Positions 26,112-35,767 of a DNA stretch of 41,592 bases are shown in pieces (the first letter of the stretch is position 1; each line of letters starts with the position of its first letter). A model generated the notes under the pieces. That model made no database searches and was not told where the DNA came from. It worked only from the letters and a program-made list of their open reading frames with translations. Made by a program: the position numbers and the translations under genes. This DNA comes from an uncultured Candidatus Saccharibacteria bacterium. GTDB lineage: Bacteria > Patescibacteriota > UBA1384 > 2-12-FULL-50-11 > DASWYB01. The DNA is taken from positions 1-41,592 of the forward strand of contig CAYJRF010000006.1 in the NCBI GenBank assembly GCA_964372935.1, read 5' to 3'.

Positions 26112-27445
26112 AAACCGGCCCGCGAAAGAGTTTGGTCCGGAATAGCGACCACGGGCGTGGGCGACGGCGCAAGAGTGGTATTCGTCTCGGCTGGCGGTGT
26201 TGGCGTTGGCAACGGGATAGACTGGTCAAAATCCGTCTCTGGCGAGGCGGTCGGAATCGGCGTTAGAGTGGCGGTGGGAGTGGTCACGACGACCGGTTGA
26301 GGCGATGATACCGGCGTCGCCAGGGTCGGCCCAGGCGTGGCGGAAATACTTCCGCTAATGCCGCCAATCAGACTGTAAATTGGCAGAATGATCGCTAGGG
26401 CCACAAATACCACCCCGATCCAAACGACAAACAATAGGATCGGCTCCAAGGCGGTAGATAGGTTTTTGCTCGAGGTGTCGATCCTTTCGCCGTACGCCTC
26501 GCTGATACGCATGAGCGTTTCCGGCAACCGGCCGGTTTTTTCGGCCGCCTCGAGCATCTGTCGAGTCGTTGGGCGCATGACGCGGTTAATGCCTCGAAAA
26601 CTGGCGAACGCCTGCTCAAAGGTGCTGCCGCCGGCAATACTCTCGTTAAGGTGCCCCACGAACCGGCGATAATTATACCAAGTAGTCGCGTTACTGACGG
26701 CGCCGAGAGCATCGTCAATCGGCACGCCGGCGCGCAAGAGAGTCCCGAGGAGAAATGTCATTCTGGCCACTTGGGTATCTTGGATGACTCCCGATAACAT
26801 CGGGACGCGAAACAGGAACGCCTCGCCGATCCAGCGAGTCGGACGAGCCACAAAGACAACATAGATGAGTAAAATACCCCCTCCAACCGTACTCGGTATA
26901 GCCACCGCGCCGGAGCGCGCCAAAAAATTACTGAACCGAATCAATAACCGCGTGGTAATCGGCAAATTGAGATTGAACGAATCGAAAACGTGTGTCAGCC
27001 GAGGGAGAATAAACCACGATATGCCCGTGCCGACCACGATGGTGATGACCAGGATCAGCACCGGATAGGCCATGGCGGCGCGAATTTTAGACCGCAAGGT
27101 GCGCTCTTTGCGTTGCTGGAGGACAATCACCTTCATATTATCGGTTAAAGTGCCCGACTGCTCGCCGATACGGAGGAGCGAAACCAGATAAGACGGAAAC
27201 AGGTTAAGACTTTGGACCGATTGCCACAGGGGAAGACCCGACTCCACGTCCTCGACCATCCACCCGACAATTCGCCTCATGGCGGACGAATGACTCTCCC
27301 GTCTAAGGGAGTCCAACGCCGACGCCAGGGCGATGCCCGAGTCAAGCATGTCGGTCAAATTTTCGACAAACGTCTGCTTTTCGTCCTCAAAGTTCAATCC
27401 GGGAAAGATCAATCGCCGACGGCGCGGCGGGGAAATGTTGGCCAC
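26108..27445 (-). CDS. pilC: Type IV pilus platform protein (T2SS F family) with a Pro/Thr-rich C-terminal tail
   Basis: SGIAL..AL, VESGLPL, IGEQSGTL, AMAYP, AGVPI, AEKTGRL and LEP motifs. Confidence 0.9.
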   Translation of the reverse strand: MANISPPRRRRLIFPGLNFEDEKQTFVENLTDMLDSGIALASALDSLRRESHSSAMRRIVGWMVEDVESGLPLWQSVQSLNLFPSYLVSLLRIGEQSGTLTDNMKVIVLQQRKERTLRSKIRAAMAYPVLILVITIVVGTGISWFILPRLTHVFDSFNLNLPITTRLLIRFSNFLARSGAVAIPSTVGGGILLIYVVFVARPTRWIGEAFLFRVPMLSGVIQDTQVARMTFLLGTLLRAGVPIDDALGAVSNATTWYNYRRFVGHLNESIAGGSTFEQAFASFRGINRVMRPTTRQMLEAAEKTGRLPETLMRISEAYGERIDTSSKNLSTALEPILLFVVWIGVVFVALAIILPIYSLIGGISGSISATPGPTLATPVSSPQPVVVTTPTATLTPIPTASPETDFDQSIPLPTPTPPAETNTTLAPSPTPVVAIPDQTLSRAGL

Positions 27446-27447
27446 GG

Positions 27448-29127
27448 CTAATCCTCGGGAATTTCCGCCACGCGCAATAACTCTTCCAGGGAAGTCAGGC
27501 CCTTTTTAACCTTGTCCACGCCGTCCCGAAACAGGGATAGGGATCCCTGCTTGGCGGCTAGTTGCCAAATTTGATCGCTCGACGGACGGGTCAAAATCAG
27601 TCCCTCCATCTCGCGCGTTACGGCAATAAACTCGAAAATCGCCACTCGCCCCTTGTAACCGGTGTTGCCGCATGACGGGCAACCCTTGCCGCGATAAAGA
27701 TCCACGGTTTTCTCCTCAAAAAATCGTTTCGGCTTCGGGAGGTAGCGCTCGAGATCTTTCGGCGTCGCCGAGATGCTGTAGCGGCAGGCGTCACAGATGC
27801 GACGAACCAGCCGCTGGGAAATAATCAGCTCCAGGGTCGAGGCCAGCAGGAACGGCTCAACCCCCATGTCTAACAGGCGCGGAATTGTCGTTGTGGCGTC
27901 GTTGGCATGAAACGACGACAGCAACAGATGGCCGGTCAAGGCGGCGTTAACGGCGATCTCGGCCGTCTCGCGATCGCGGATTTCGCCCACGAAGATGATA
28001 TTAGGGTCTTGTCGGACAATTGATCGCAGGCCCTTGGCAAAAGTTAGGTTGGTGTCTTCGTTGACCTGAATCTGGTTGACGCCCGTCAGTTTGTACTCCA
28101 CCGGATCTTCGATAGTCGTAATGTTCACTTCCGGCTGGTTAAGAATTTTTAGGACGGCGTAAAGGGTGGTCGTTTTGCCCGAACCGGTGGGGCCGCAGAC
28201 CAAAAGCATCCCGAACGGTTTTTTGGCCGTCTCTTCCAGCTGTGTTTGGTGCGCTTCCGAAAATCCCAGATCGGCCAAGCCAAGTCCCTTGACATAGTTC
28301 GTCAAAAGACGCATCACGACTTTTTCGCCGTTGATCAGCGGCACGATCGAAACGCGCACGTCTACATGATCGTCTTGATACGGCCAACGGATCGTCCCGT
28401 CTTGGGCGTCAAAATGCTTGTCGGTGCGAATCGCCGCCAGAACCTTAATGCGGTTGACGATGCCGTCGTAATATTGTTTCGGAATCCGGCCGGCCTCGTG
28501 GAGGACGCCGTCAATCCGGAATCGCACCACGACATTGTCTTCTTGCGGTTCAATATGAATATCCGAGGCGCGGAACGTGAAGGCGTCGTCGAACAATTCA
28601 CTAATGATTTCCGGGGCGACTTTCTGGCCCGACTCCAGAATCTGCCGCAAGCGAGTCGCCAATGATTTGCGATAGTGGATGAACGACAGCTCCACCGCGT
28701 CGGTTGGGGCGTAGGCAAAGACGATTTGCTCGTCCTTAAAGTACGGCTTCAACACCGCGCTAAGATTGCTTAGGCCGGGATTTTCCGTCGCCACCGTGAC
28801 GGTGTCGGCGGCGATTGAGGCCACGACGACGTGATACTTTCGGGCCATATCTTCGGGAATTTTAAGGACGTCGGAGCGATTGGGCGGGTGAGACCGCAAA
28901 TCGACGAACGGCACGCGGTAGTATTCGGCAATCGCCTGGCCCATCAGTTCGCGGGTAATTAGTTCTTCCTCGACCATCACCTCGTCGAGCGGCAGTCGCC
29001 GTTGGCGGGATAAATTCTCTACCCGCGTCATGTCCTCGCGACTAATATAACTCTCGTCGAGCAAGAGCTTTTTTAAGGTTTCGTCGTCAATCGGCCCCCA
29101 CGGCGAGCCCGGACCTTTATCTGCCAC
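27448..29127 (-). CDS. pilB: Type IV pilus assembly ATPase (GspE/PulE family)
   Basis: ASDIHIEP, RFRIDGVL, Walker A GPTGSGKTTT, TIEDPVEY, RQDPNII.VGEIRD, TGHL and the tetracysteine C..C/C..C motif. Confidence 0.95.
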   Translation of the reverse strand: MADKGPGSPWGPIDDETLKKLLLDESYISREDMTRVENLSRQRRLPLDEVMVEEELITRELMGQAIAEYYRVPFVDLRSHPPNRSDVLKIPEDMARKYHVVVASIAADTVTVATENPGLSNLSAVLKPYFKDEQIVFAYAPTDAVELSFIHYRKSLATRLRQILESGQKVAPEIISELFDDAFTFRASDIHIEPQEDNVVVRFRIDGVLHEAGRIPKQYYDGIVNRIKVLAAIRTDKHFDAQDGTIRWPYQDDHVDVRVSIVPLINGEKVVMRLLTNYVKGLGLADLGFSEAHQTQLEETAKKPFGMLLVCGPTGSGKTTTLYAVLKILNQPEVNITTIEDPVEYKLTGVNQIQVNEDTNLTFAKGLRSIVRQDPNIIFVGEIRDRETAEIAVNAALTGHLLLSSFHANDATTTIPRLLDMGVEPFLLASTLELIISQRLVRRICDACRYSISATPKDLERYLPKPKRFFEEKTVDLYRGKGCPSCGNTGYKGRVAIFEFIAVTREMEGLILTRPSSDQIWQLAAKQGSLSLFRDGVDKVKKGLTSLEELLRVAEIPED

Positions 29128-29151
29128 CCAGCCCCTCCTATGCGTTGTCGT

Positions 29152-29547
29152 CTATATTTCTGCGCCTAGACTAAGCGTTTTTTTAACCCGTTGAACCACT
29201 TCCTCAATCGGCGTGTTGGATTTGATAAAATAATCCGCCGCGCCAAGGGTTCGGGCCCGCTCGGCGTCTTCTTCCTGACTCAAGTTGGAAGATACGATCA
29301 CCGGCGTGGCGTTGCCCGATTCACGCATGGCCGCCAACACCGCGAAGCCATCCTTTTGGGGCATCATCAAATCCAAGAGCACGAGGGCGAATTTTTGCTC
29401 CGAGAGCGCCTGCAACGCCGCTTCGCCGTCGGCCACCGTTACCACCTCGAACCCCGAGCGTTTAAGCTTCAGCTCCAACGCTCGCGACATGGCCTTTTCG
29501 TCTTCGGCCACTAATATTTTAGGAGCATCCGACATAACTGTTTGCAT
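29152..29547 (-). CDS. Single-domain response regulator (receiver)
   Basis: KILVAEDE, LLDLMMPQKDG, SSN and YFIK. Start at ATG 29547 or 29535. Confidence 0.9.
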   Translation of the reverse strand: MQTVMSDAPKILVAEDEKAMSRALELKLKRSGFEVVTVADGEAALQALSEQKFALVLLDLMMPQKDGFAVLAAMRESGNATPVIVSSNLSQEEDAERARTLGAADYFIKSNTPIEEVVQRVKKTLSLGAEI

Positions 29548-29716
29548 TGTAACACCCTGACATCCGAGCGCAACTTGACCCCAACCGGTAACAGTCGGCG
29601 CCATTTTGCCTCGCCAAGATTCTTAAGCTTGGTTGACCTTACTACGCAGACGATTCATAAGGTCGGGCGTTGGTTTGGTGCTCGACCAAACCTGTTATTC
29701 GTTGTAAAATGATGTC

Positions 29717-30805
29717 ATGAGTCTCTCGCTTGGCATTGTTGGATTACCTAATGTTGGCAAATCTACCCTGTTTAACGCCCTAGTCAAATCGAGCGTCGCC
29801 CAGGCCGCCAATTATCCCTTCTGCACCATCGAGCCGAACGTCGGCATTGTTGATGTGCCCGACGACAAATTGGCGCGGTTAGCCCAAGTGGCCAAGTCGG
29901 CCAAAATTGTCCCAGCGGTGGTGGAGTTTGTCGACATTGCCGGTTTGGTCAAGGGAGCCAGTCAAGGCGCCGGCCTGGGGAACAAATTTTTAAGCCACAT
30001 TCGAGCCGTGGATGCCGTGGTGGTCGTCTTGCGCTGTTTTGACAGCGACAACATTATTAATGTTGAGTCGAACATCAACCCAAAGCGCGACTTGGACACG
30101 CTTGATTTGGAGTTGATGCTGGCCGACATGGCGACGCTAATCGGGCATCAAGGTGCCGCGGCGAAGGAAATGCGGGCCGGTAAAAACGAGGTCATGGGCG
30201 CGGCGATTGACCTGGCGCTGGGCGAAATCGCCCGCGAGCATCCGTTGCGTCTGGCAAATTTTACCCAAGAGCAAACGCGGATATTACAGTCGTTGTCCCT
30301 TTTGACGCTCAAACCGCTCATGGTCGTGCTGAACGTGGACGAAGCCGAGGCGGGCCAAGACCCGTTAAGTCTGGGCCGGAAATACTTCCCGGCCGGCATC
30401 GCCTACCCCACACTCGCCGTGAGCGCCCAGATTGAATCGGAGATTGCCACGCTGCCAGCCGAAGAGGCGCGGGAGTTCACGGCATCGTTGGGCTGGCGCC
30501 AGAGCGGCTTGGATCGCGTGGCCATGACGGCCTACGACCTCCTTGGTCTTCAGTCGTTCTATACCGCCGGCGAAAAAGAGACCCGCGCCTGGACAATCAG
30601 GCAGGGCACGACCGCCCCCCAAGCCGCGGGGGCGATTCACGGCGATTTTGAGCGCGGTTTTATCGCCGCCGAAGTCATGTCGTTCGCCGATTTTATAGCT
30701 CTAGAGGGCTGGAGCGCCGGCCGGGCCGCCGGCAAGATGCGCACCGAGGGCAAAACTTATGTCATGCGACCCGACGACATCGTGCTCTTCCGCTTTAACG
30801 TGTAG
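29717..30805 (+). CDS. ychF: Redox-regulated ATPase YchF
   Basis: GIVGLPNVGKSTLFNAL, ANYPFCTIEPN, DIAGLVKGAS.GAGLGNKFL, IHGDFERGFI and FRFNV. Confidence 0.97.
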   Translation: MSLSLGIVGLPNVGKSTLFNALVKSSVAQAANYPFCTIEPNVGIVDVPDDKLARLAQVAKSAKIVPAVVEFVDIAGLVKGASQGAGLGNKFLSHIRAVDAVVVVLRCFDSDNIINVESNINPKRDLDTLDLELMLADMATLIGHQGAAAKEMRAGKNEVMGAAIDLALGEIAREHPLRLANFTQEQTRILQSLSLLTLKPLMVVLNVDEAEAGQDPLSLGRKYFPAGIAYPTLAVSAQIESEIATLPAEEAREFTASLGWRQSGLDRVAMTAYDLLGLQSFYTAGEKETRAWTIRQGTTAPQAAGAIHGDFERGFIAAEVMSFADFIALEGWSAGRAAGKMRTEGKTYVMRPDDIVLFRFNV

Positions 30806-31734
30806 CAATCAGCCAGACTCTGAGCGGCCATCGCGGCCCGATGAGCCAGGGTGACTAAGCGACGGTCATTGGTTCGATGTGTTAGCAGGTTTTCAACATT
30901 GGTCAAAATAAGCGATCTATAAATAGCGTCTCGACCGCGGGAATCTAATGATATTACCGTGCGACGCGCGACGCCCTCGGGCCACCCGAGGCGGCCCCCG
31001 TCGTCGGTTTGATGATATTCTTGGGGAACCCAATCAACAATCACCGCTCGCGTGCCGTCGGCAAACGTTACCGCCACATGAGTCGAGGCCGTGGCGTAAG
31101 TCGCGTCAAGTCGGTGGTGGACGTGCAAACTCGCCCCCGAGGCGGTCGCGCGACATTCGGTAGCCACGGTTCGACCCGCGGCCGAGGTCTGTTCCGCCGC
31201 CGCGACAACCCGTAGAGCCTGGGCATCAACAAGCCAAGCAAACAGATGATACCAATGAATTTCCGAAACCAAAAACCAGCCGCCGGACCGATTTTTTTCC
31301 CAATACCATCTCGGGAGGAGTGTATGCTCCGTGGCCAGGTTGCGAATGGTCACTGACCGTATTGGCCCCCTGACGGCCTGCGATTCTTTCAGACGGCTAT
31401 AAAACGGATGATTCGGCAAAACAAAGCCGACCCCCAAATAACGCCCTTCGGCGGCGGCCAGCTCGTATAAGTCAGTAATGTCGCGAAGATTTAACGCCAA
31501 CGGTTTTTCGCACAGGACATGCTTGCCGGCTCGCAGACAAGTCGCCACAATGTTCCGATGGGTATAATTAGGCGTGGCGATAATCACATATAGCGCGGGG
31601 TGGCGCTGTAATTCCTTCATCTCGACGGTGTTGCCGTCAACACTCTCGAGCGACAGATCCAGATCGCGCACAGCCGAGCCCACGAACGCCCCATAGCCGC
31701 TCGAACCGATTAAAATTGCCGCCTGTTTGCCCAT
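30757..31734 (-). CDS. Gfo/Idh/MocA family NAD(P)-dependent oxidoreductase
   Basis: IGSSGYG, IATPNYTH, AGKHVLCEKP, SGGWF and IHW motifs. Start at ATG 31734. Confidence 0.85.
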   Translation of the reverse strand: MGKQAAILIGSSGYGAFVGSAVRDLDLSLESVDGNTVEMKELQRHPALYVIIATPNYTHRNIVATCLRAGKHVLCEKPLALNLRDITDLYELAAAEGRYLGVGFVLPNHPFYSRLKESQAVRGPIRSVTIRNLATEHTLLPRWYWEKNRSGGWFLVSEIHWYHLFAWLVDAQALRVVAAAEQTSAAGRTVATECRATASGASLHVHHRLDATYATASTHVAVTFADGTRAVIVDWVPQEYHQTDDGGRLGWPEGVARRTVISLDSRGRDAIYRSLILTNVENLLTHRTNDRRLVTLAHRAAMAAQSLADCYTLKRKSTMSSGRMT

Positions 31735-31800
31735 AAGACCGATTTTACTATTTTCTAGGCAATAAATCAGCCCTCCAAACATCCCCGCCGTCGCTGACGG

Positions 31801-31829
31801 TTGCGGCTTGAACCTTATTTTGATACAAT
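31801..31829 (+). promoter_or_regulatory. Sigma70-type promoter for the rpsF operon
   Basis: TTGCGG-N17-TACAAT with a TGn extended -10. Confidence 0.5.
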
Positions 31830-31881
31830 CAGGCAGAACTCCGAAGAAACAGTCCCCCAAAAATCAAACGCTTAACCAACC

Positions 31882-32367
31882 ATGCGTAAATACGAGCTGA
31901 CATATCTCACGGCACACGAGGAAGGGACGGAGGCCAAAACGGTCGCCGCGTTTCTTGACGCGCGCCACGCCGCCATCGTCTCGGTTCATCCGTGGAGCGT
32001 TAGACGACGCTTGGTTCACCCAATTAAAAAACAGGACCAGGCCTTTTACACCACGATTGTTTTTCAGGCCGAACCAACCGAAATCAAGCCGCTGGAAGAC
32101 GCCTTAAAACTCGATCACAATATAATTAGGGCCTTGATCGTCCACTACGAGCCGGGTTATTTCGATCGCTCGCCGGCCGGCGAAGAATCAGCCCGTACAG
32201 AAGCCGCCAAAAGCGGCGCCGCCGCGCCGGTTGAGCCAGTGGCCCCCGCGCCAGCCGCTTTACCCAAACCGCGACGCCCGCGAAAGACCGCCGACCAGCC
32301 GGCGGCCGATCCCAAATCGCTCGACGAAAAAATTGACGAACTGCTGAAAGATGATGTGGTAAAATAG
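31882..32367 (+). CDS. rpsF: 30S ribosomal protein S6 with a C-terminal extension
   Basis: MRKYEL...W..RRL..PIKKQ.QAFY...IIRALI; rpsF-ssb-rpsR synteny. Confidence 0.92.
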   Translation: MRKYELTYLTAHEEGTEAKTVAAFLDARHAAIVSVHPWSVRRRLVHPIKKQDQAFYTTIVFQAEPTEIKPLEDALKLDHNIIRALIVHYEPGYFDRSPAGEESARTEAAKSGAAAPVEPVAPAPAALPKPRRPRKTADQPAADPKSLDEKIDELLKDDVVK

Positions 32368-32372
32368 GTTCT

Positions 32373-32846
32373 ATGTTCAGTCTTAACCGCGCCATGATTA
32401 TCGGCAACCTAACCCGCGACCCGGAGGTTAGAACCACCCCCAACGGCCAGAACGTCGCCAACTTCGCCATCGCCACTAATCGTAGATGGACGACGGCTCA
32501 AGGCGAAACGCAAGAAGCCACGGAATTTCACGAGATTGTCGTCTGGGGTAAGTTAGCCGAAGTAGCCCAAAACGTGCTTTCGAAAGGAAAGCGGGCCTTC
32601 GTTGAGGGACGTCTTCAGACCCGATCGTGGGAGGCGCCCGATGGCGCCAAGCGCCAACGAACCGAAATCATAGCCGAGAACATTATCGCTCTTAGTCCTC
32701 GCGGCGATGGCGGCGAATCAATCGTCCTGCCGTCGAGCGAATCAAAAACCACCAAGGCTAAAACCAGCGGCGCCGGCAAGCAATCGAACGAGACGGCCTC
32801 GACTGGCGGGGATCAGGAGATTGATCTCTCCGACCTGCCATTCTGA
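32373..32846 (+). CDS. ssb: Single-stranded DNA-binding protein
   Basis: [33 protein letters not shown] and an acidic tip DLSDLPF. Confidence 0.97.
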   Translation: MFSLNRAMIIGNLTRDPEVRTTPNGQNVANFAIATNRRWTTAQGETQEATEFHEIVVWGKLAEVAQNVLSKGKRAFVEGRLQTRSWEAPDGAKRQRTEIIAENIIALSPRGDGGESIVLPSSESKTTKAKTSGAGKQSNETASTGGDQEIDLSDLPF

Positions 32847-32875
32847 TATTTTCAACTTCCAAGGACAATACCGTT

Positions 32876-33085
32876 ATGCCCAGACCGAAAAAACAGTGCT
32901 ATTTCACCAAAAAAAATATCGCGCCCGACTATAAGGACACCGCTCTGCTCCAGCGCTACCTCACGCCATGGAGCAAGATTAAGGAAGCCCGAGAAACGGG
33001 TACCTGCGCCAAACATCAGCGGGGGCTGACTCAAGCCATAAAACGAGCCCGTTTTTTGGCGTTGCTACCCTACACGACGCGCTAG
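32876..33085 (+). CDS. rpsR: 30S ribosomal protein S18
   Basis: [30 protein letters not shown]. Confidence 0.96.
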   Translation: MPRPKKQCYFTKKNIAPDYKDTALLQRYLTPWSKIKEARETGTCAKHQRGLTQAIKRARFLALLPYTTR

Positions 33086-33116
33086 CCGCCGCGTCGGGTC
33101 GCCGTCGGTCTAATTC

Positions 33117-33680
33117 ATGGTAACCATCAACGAGCTTCAGCCCGGTCAAGCGATTATTTACCGCCAACAACCCCATCTCATTTTGCGACGCGAACATACC
33201 GTGATGGGACGAGGGGGCGGATTCGTCCGCGCTCGACTCAAGAACTTACTAAGTGGCGCGACGGTTGAAACAACGTTCAAAGGCGGCGATCGCGTCGACG
33301 AGGCCGATTTGGCGCGTTCCCAAGCCCACTATCTTTACGACGAGGGCGACGAGGCGGTATTTATGGATCTGGCAACTTTTGATCAATTTCGCCTGTCTCG
33401 CGAGACTTTGCCCGAGAGCGCCAAGTTTATGGCGGCCGGAGCCACCGTTGACGTATTGTCGTATCATCAGCGCCCCATCACCGTTACCGTCCCGATTAAG
33501 GTCGAGTTGCGGGTCAGCTACACCGAGCCGGGGTTCAAAGGCAACACCACCGCCACTCCCCTCAAGCCGGCCACCCTTGAAACCGGGGCAACGGTCCAAG
33601 TTCCCCTGTTTGTCGCCATTGGCGATGTGATCCGTCTCGATACCCGCGACGGCCGCTACTTGGAACGAGTCTCAAAGTAA
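33117..33680 (+). CDS. efp: Elongation factor P
   Basis: GRGGGFVRARLKNL..G, FMD..TFDQ, TEPGFKGNT, KPATLETGA.VQVPLF, DTRDG.YLER. Confidence 0.95.
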   Translation: MVTINELQPGQAIIYRQQPHLILRREHTVMGRGGGFVRARLKNLLSGATVETTFKGGDRVDEADLARSQAHYLYDEGDEAVFMDLATFDQFRLSRETLPESAKFMAAGATVDVLSYHQRPITVTVPIKVELRVSYTEPGFKGNTTATPLKPATLETGATVQVPLFVAIGDVIRLDTRDGRYLERVSK

Positions 33681-33685
33681 CGGCG

Positions 33686-34174
33686 ATGACTTACTCGGCG
33701 CGAAGTCTCTTGGGACTGCCCGTCCTCGCCGCCAATCATCCGGCGACGCCCCGCTTGATTGGCACGATCGAAGCCGTGGTACTTAATCCGGTTACCTTCG
33801 TCGTCGACGGTTTTCTTTTGGGACACGCCGGCCAATCCGAGGAGCAATATTTTCTGCCGAGCGAATCGGTTACCGACATCGCCGAGCGCGGTATTACCGC
33901 CCACGACACCACCATTCGCCGTCCGCCCGCCGCGCGGAGAATTATCGGCTTGCCGGCGTGGACTATCGAGCCAAGATTCTTCGTCGGTTTCGTTTACGAC
34001 TTTGATTTTAATCTGGACAACCGCATGGTCGAGTCGTTCGCCATCCACCAGCTCATTCGGACGTGGCGCATTCCGGCCACCGCCGTGGCCAAGATCACAG
34101 TCAAATCTCTCTTGATTAATAACGATACAACCGTTAAACTGAAGCTGACGCCGTATCCAAGCAAAGGAGCATGA
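33686..34174 (+). CDS. Hypothetical protein, tandem PRC-barrel-like
   Basis: Two repeats of (L/I)GLP....(I/V)G.(I/V).; sits within the operon. Confidence 0.6.
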   Translation: MTYSARSLLGLPVLAANHPATPRLIGTIEAVVLNPVTFVVDGFLLGHAGQSEEQYFLPSESVTDIAERGITAHDTTIRRPPAARRIIGLPAWTIEPRFFVGFVYDFDFNLDNRMVESFAIHQLIRTWRIPATAVAKITVKSLLINNDTTVKLKLTPYPSKGA

Positions 34175-34177
34175 CAG

Positions 34178-34459
34178 ATGGCCGATGCCTCGCCAAGACA
34201 CGGGCGCGACGGCTTGACTCAATCGCTCGAAAACCTCGACGAGAGTGTCGAAGATCTCGATCAAGATGTTCGCGATCTAACCCGAAAATACTCTTTTTGG
34301 CCAACATTGTCTCGCGGTGTTGTCGGCGCGCTCGGAGCGGCGGTGGGGGCGTCGATTGTCATCGGCTTGATCGTTTACGCCCTTCAGGCCTTAGCTGGTT
34401 TCCCGTTCATCGGCCAGGGATTCCAAACAATCTTAAACCAAATTCAACAAAATAAATGA
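34178..34459 (+). CDS. Small membrane protein (DUF5665-like)
   Basis: AAAGGAG SD; coiled N-terminus, then RGVVGALGAAVGASIV..L..L...P.IG pattern. Confidence 0.6.
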   Translation: MADASPRHGRDGLTQSLENLDESVEDLDQDVRDLTRKYSFWPTLSRGVVGALGAAVGASIVIGLIVYALQALAGFPFIGQGFQTILNQIQQNK

Positions 34460-35766
34460 TCACCCTGAATCGCGCCATCGCGCTTTTGATCGCCGGACTG
34501 GTTGTAACGACTGGAGTAACGGCTCGGGCCATTGCCCCGGGATTACCGCCTCCGGACGGCTCCAGCCTGCTTCTCGGCCAGTACCATAATTACAGCGTGA
34601 CGTTACGCGGAAACGGCGAGGCGGTTGTTCTTGCCCGCCTGGCTTTCAGTAACACCGGAACAACGCCACTCGCCACCTTCAGCTTTACGATTCCATCCGC
34701 GCCGGCAACCGACATCACCGTCTTCCAGCAAAAATTGCCGCCGACGTGCCTTCAGTACGCCCCGACTGGCGGTTGCGTTCAGTCTGGCGATCCGGACTAC
34801 ACCACGTCGTACTTCCCAGATGGCGCAGCCGAGTACAAAAAAATTACTCCAGTCGCCACCAACAATCGTTACGTTCTCGCCCTCCCATTTATCGTCGAGC
34901 CCTCCAAAGCCAGCGGTCTGATAATCGCTTACACATCAAGAGCCGAGGTAATTAAAAGATTCGGTCTATTTAACTACAAATTCGCCACGCTTAAAGTGCC
35001 CGAGCGCGTGGCATCGTCGGTTGTCGCGATAAATGTTGACAGCGGCTTGTATCTCCGAGGGACGCGAGAGAATGTCGCCTACACCCAAAGCCTCCCCGAC
35101 ATCGCCGCCCTGGGCCAATTGGCCGCGGACTCATCTTCCCTGCTGGCCTTGGATCGAGCAGTCCAGACCATTGGTCTTAACGGGGACATTGTAAAAGAAA
35201 CCAGCAACCTCGCGCCCGATGAAACATTCGTCGTCGAGGGTGATTATGCCAAAAGCTGGGCGCGCCTATACCTGGCGTCGATCTTATGGGCCTTGGCGGT
35301 TGTCGGGTTGATTTTGACGATAACCTATTTCGTTGCCCGAAAGATTGGCCAAAGGTCATTGACGACAGCGGCTTCGGTCGCCACCGGCCCGTCGCCCTGG
35401 AAATCCGCGGCGGTCACCGCCACATTTGGCGGCCTGGGTTCGGCTGTGTTCGTCGTTCTGATCACGGTATTTCATTATCAGCTCACCCAGCTGCCGTTTT
35501 GGAATTCCTGGGTGCGCCAAGACATCAATACTATTCTGGCTATAGTTATGTTTTTAATTTACGCCTTGGCGATTTTCGGGCCGGCCGCTTTCCTGACTTC
35601 GCTCAAAAACTGGCGGGCGTTCTTAAGTATTATTCTACTTGAGATTCTTTGGCTGTCACTGTTTTTGATTCTGTACGCCACCCTGTTTACAGCCGATTCT
35701 CCCAAGATACCGCTATCTCCCCGAACGCTTGACCAGGTCCAGGTTGATTCAACCACGCCTCAATAG
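34456..35766 (+). CDS. Hypothetical membrane protein: signal peptide, extracellular beta domain and four C-terminal TM helices
   Basis: Overlaps the previous stop by 4 bp; signal-like N-terminus and hydrophobic C-terminal segments. Confidence 0.75.
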   Translation: MITLNRAIALLIAGLVVTTGVTARAIAPGLPPPDGSSLLLGQYHNYSVTLRGNGEAVVLARLAFSNTGTTPLATFSFTIPSAPATDITVFQQKLPPTCLQYAPTGGCVQSGDPDYTTSYFPDGAAEYKKITPVATNNRYVLALPFIVEPSKASGLIIAYTSRAEVIKRFGLFNYKFATLKVPERVASSVVAINVDSGLYLRGTRENVAYTQSLPDIAALGQLAADSSSLLALDRAVQTIGLNGDIVKETSNLAPDETFVVEGDYAKSWARLYLASILWALAVVGLILTITYFVARKIGQRSLTTAASVATGPSPWKSAAVTATFGGLGSAVFVVLITVFHYQLTQLPFWNSWVRQDINTILAIVMFLIYALAIFGPAAFLTSLKNWRAFLSIILLEILWLSLFLILYATLFTADSPKIPLSPRTLDQVQVDSTTPQ

Positions 35767-35767
35767 G

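Noticed and set aside
29671..29691. Palindrome GGTTTGGT-gctcg-ACCAAACC sharing TTTGGTGCTCG with palindrome copy 1
   Set aside because: An 11-mer match is expected by chance in 41 kb. It may be a local operator but is not linked to the repeat family.
31830..31881. S6:S18 autoregulatory leader RNA
   Set aside because: A CCC run is present, but I could not find the stem or an SD for it to sequester.
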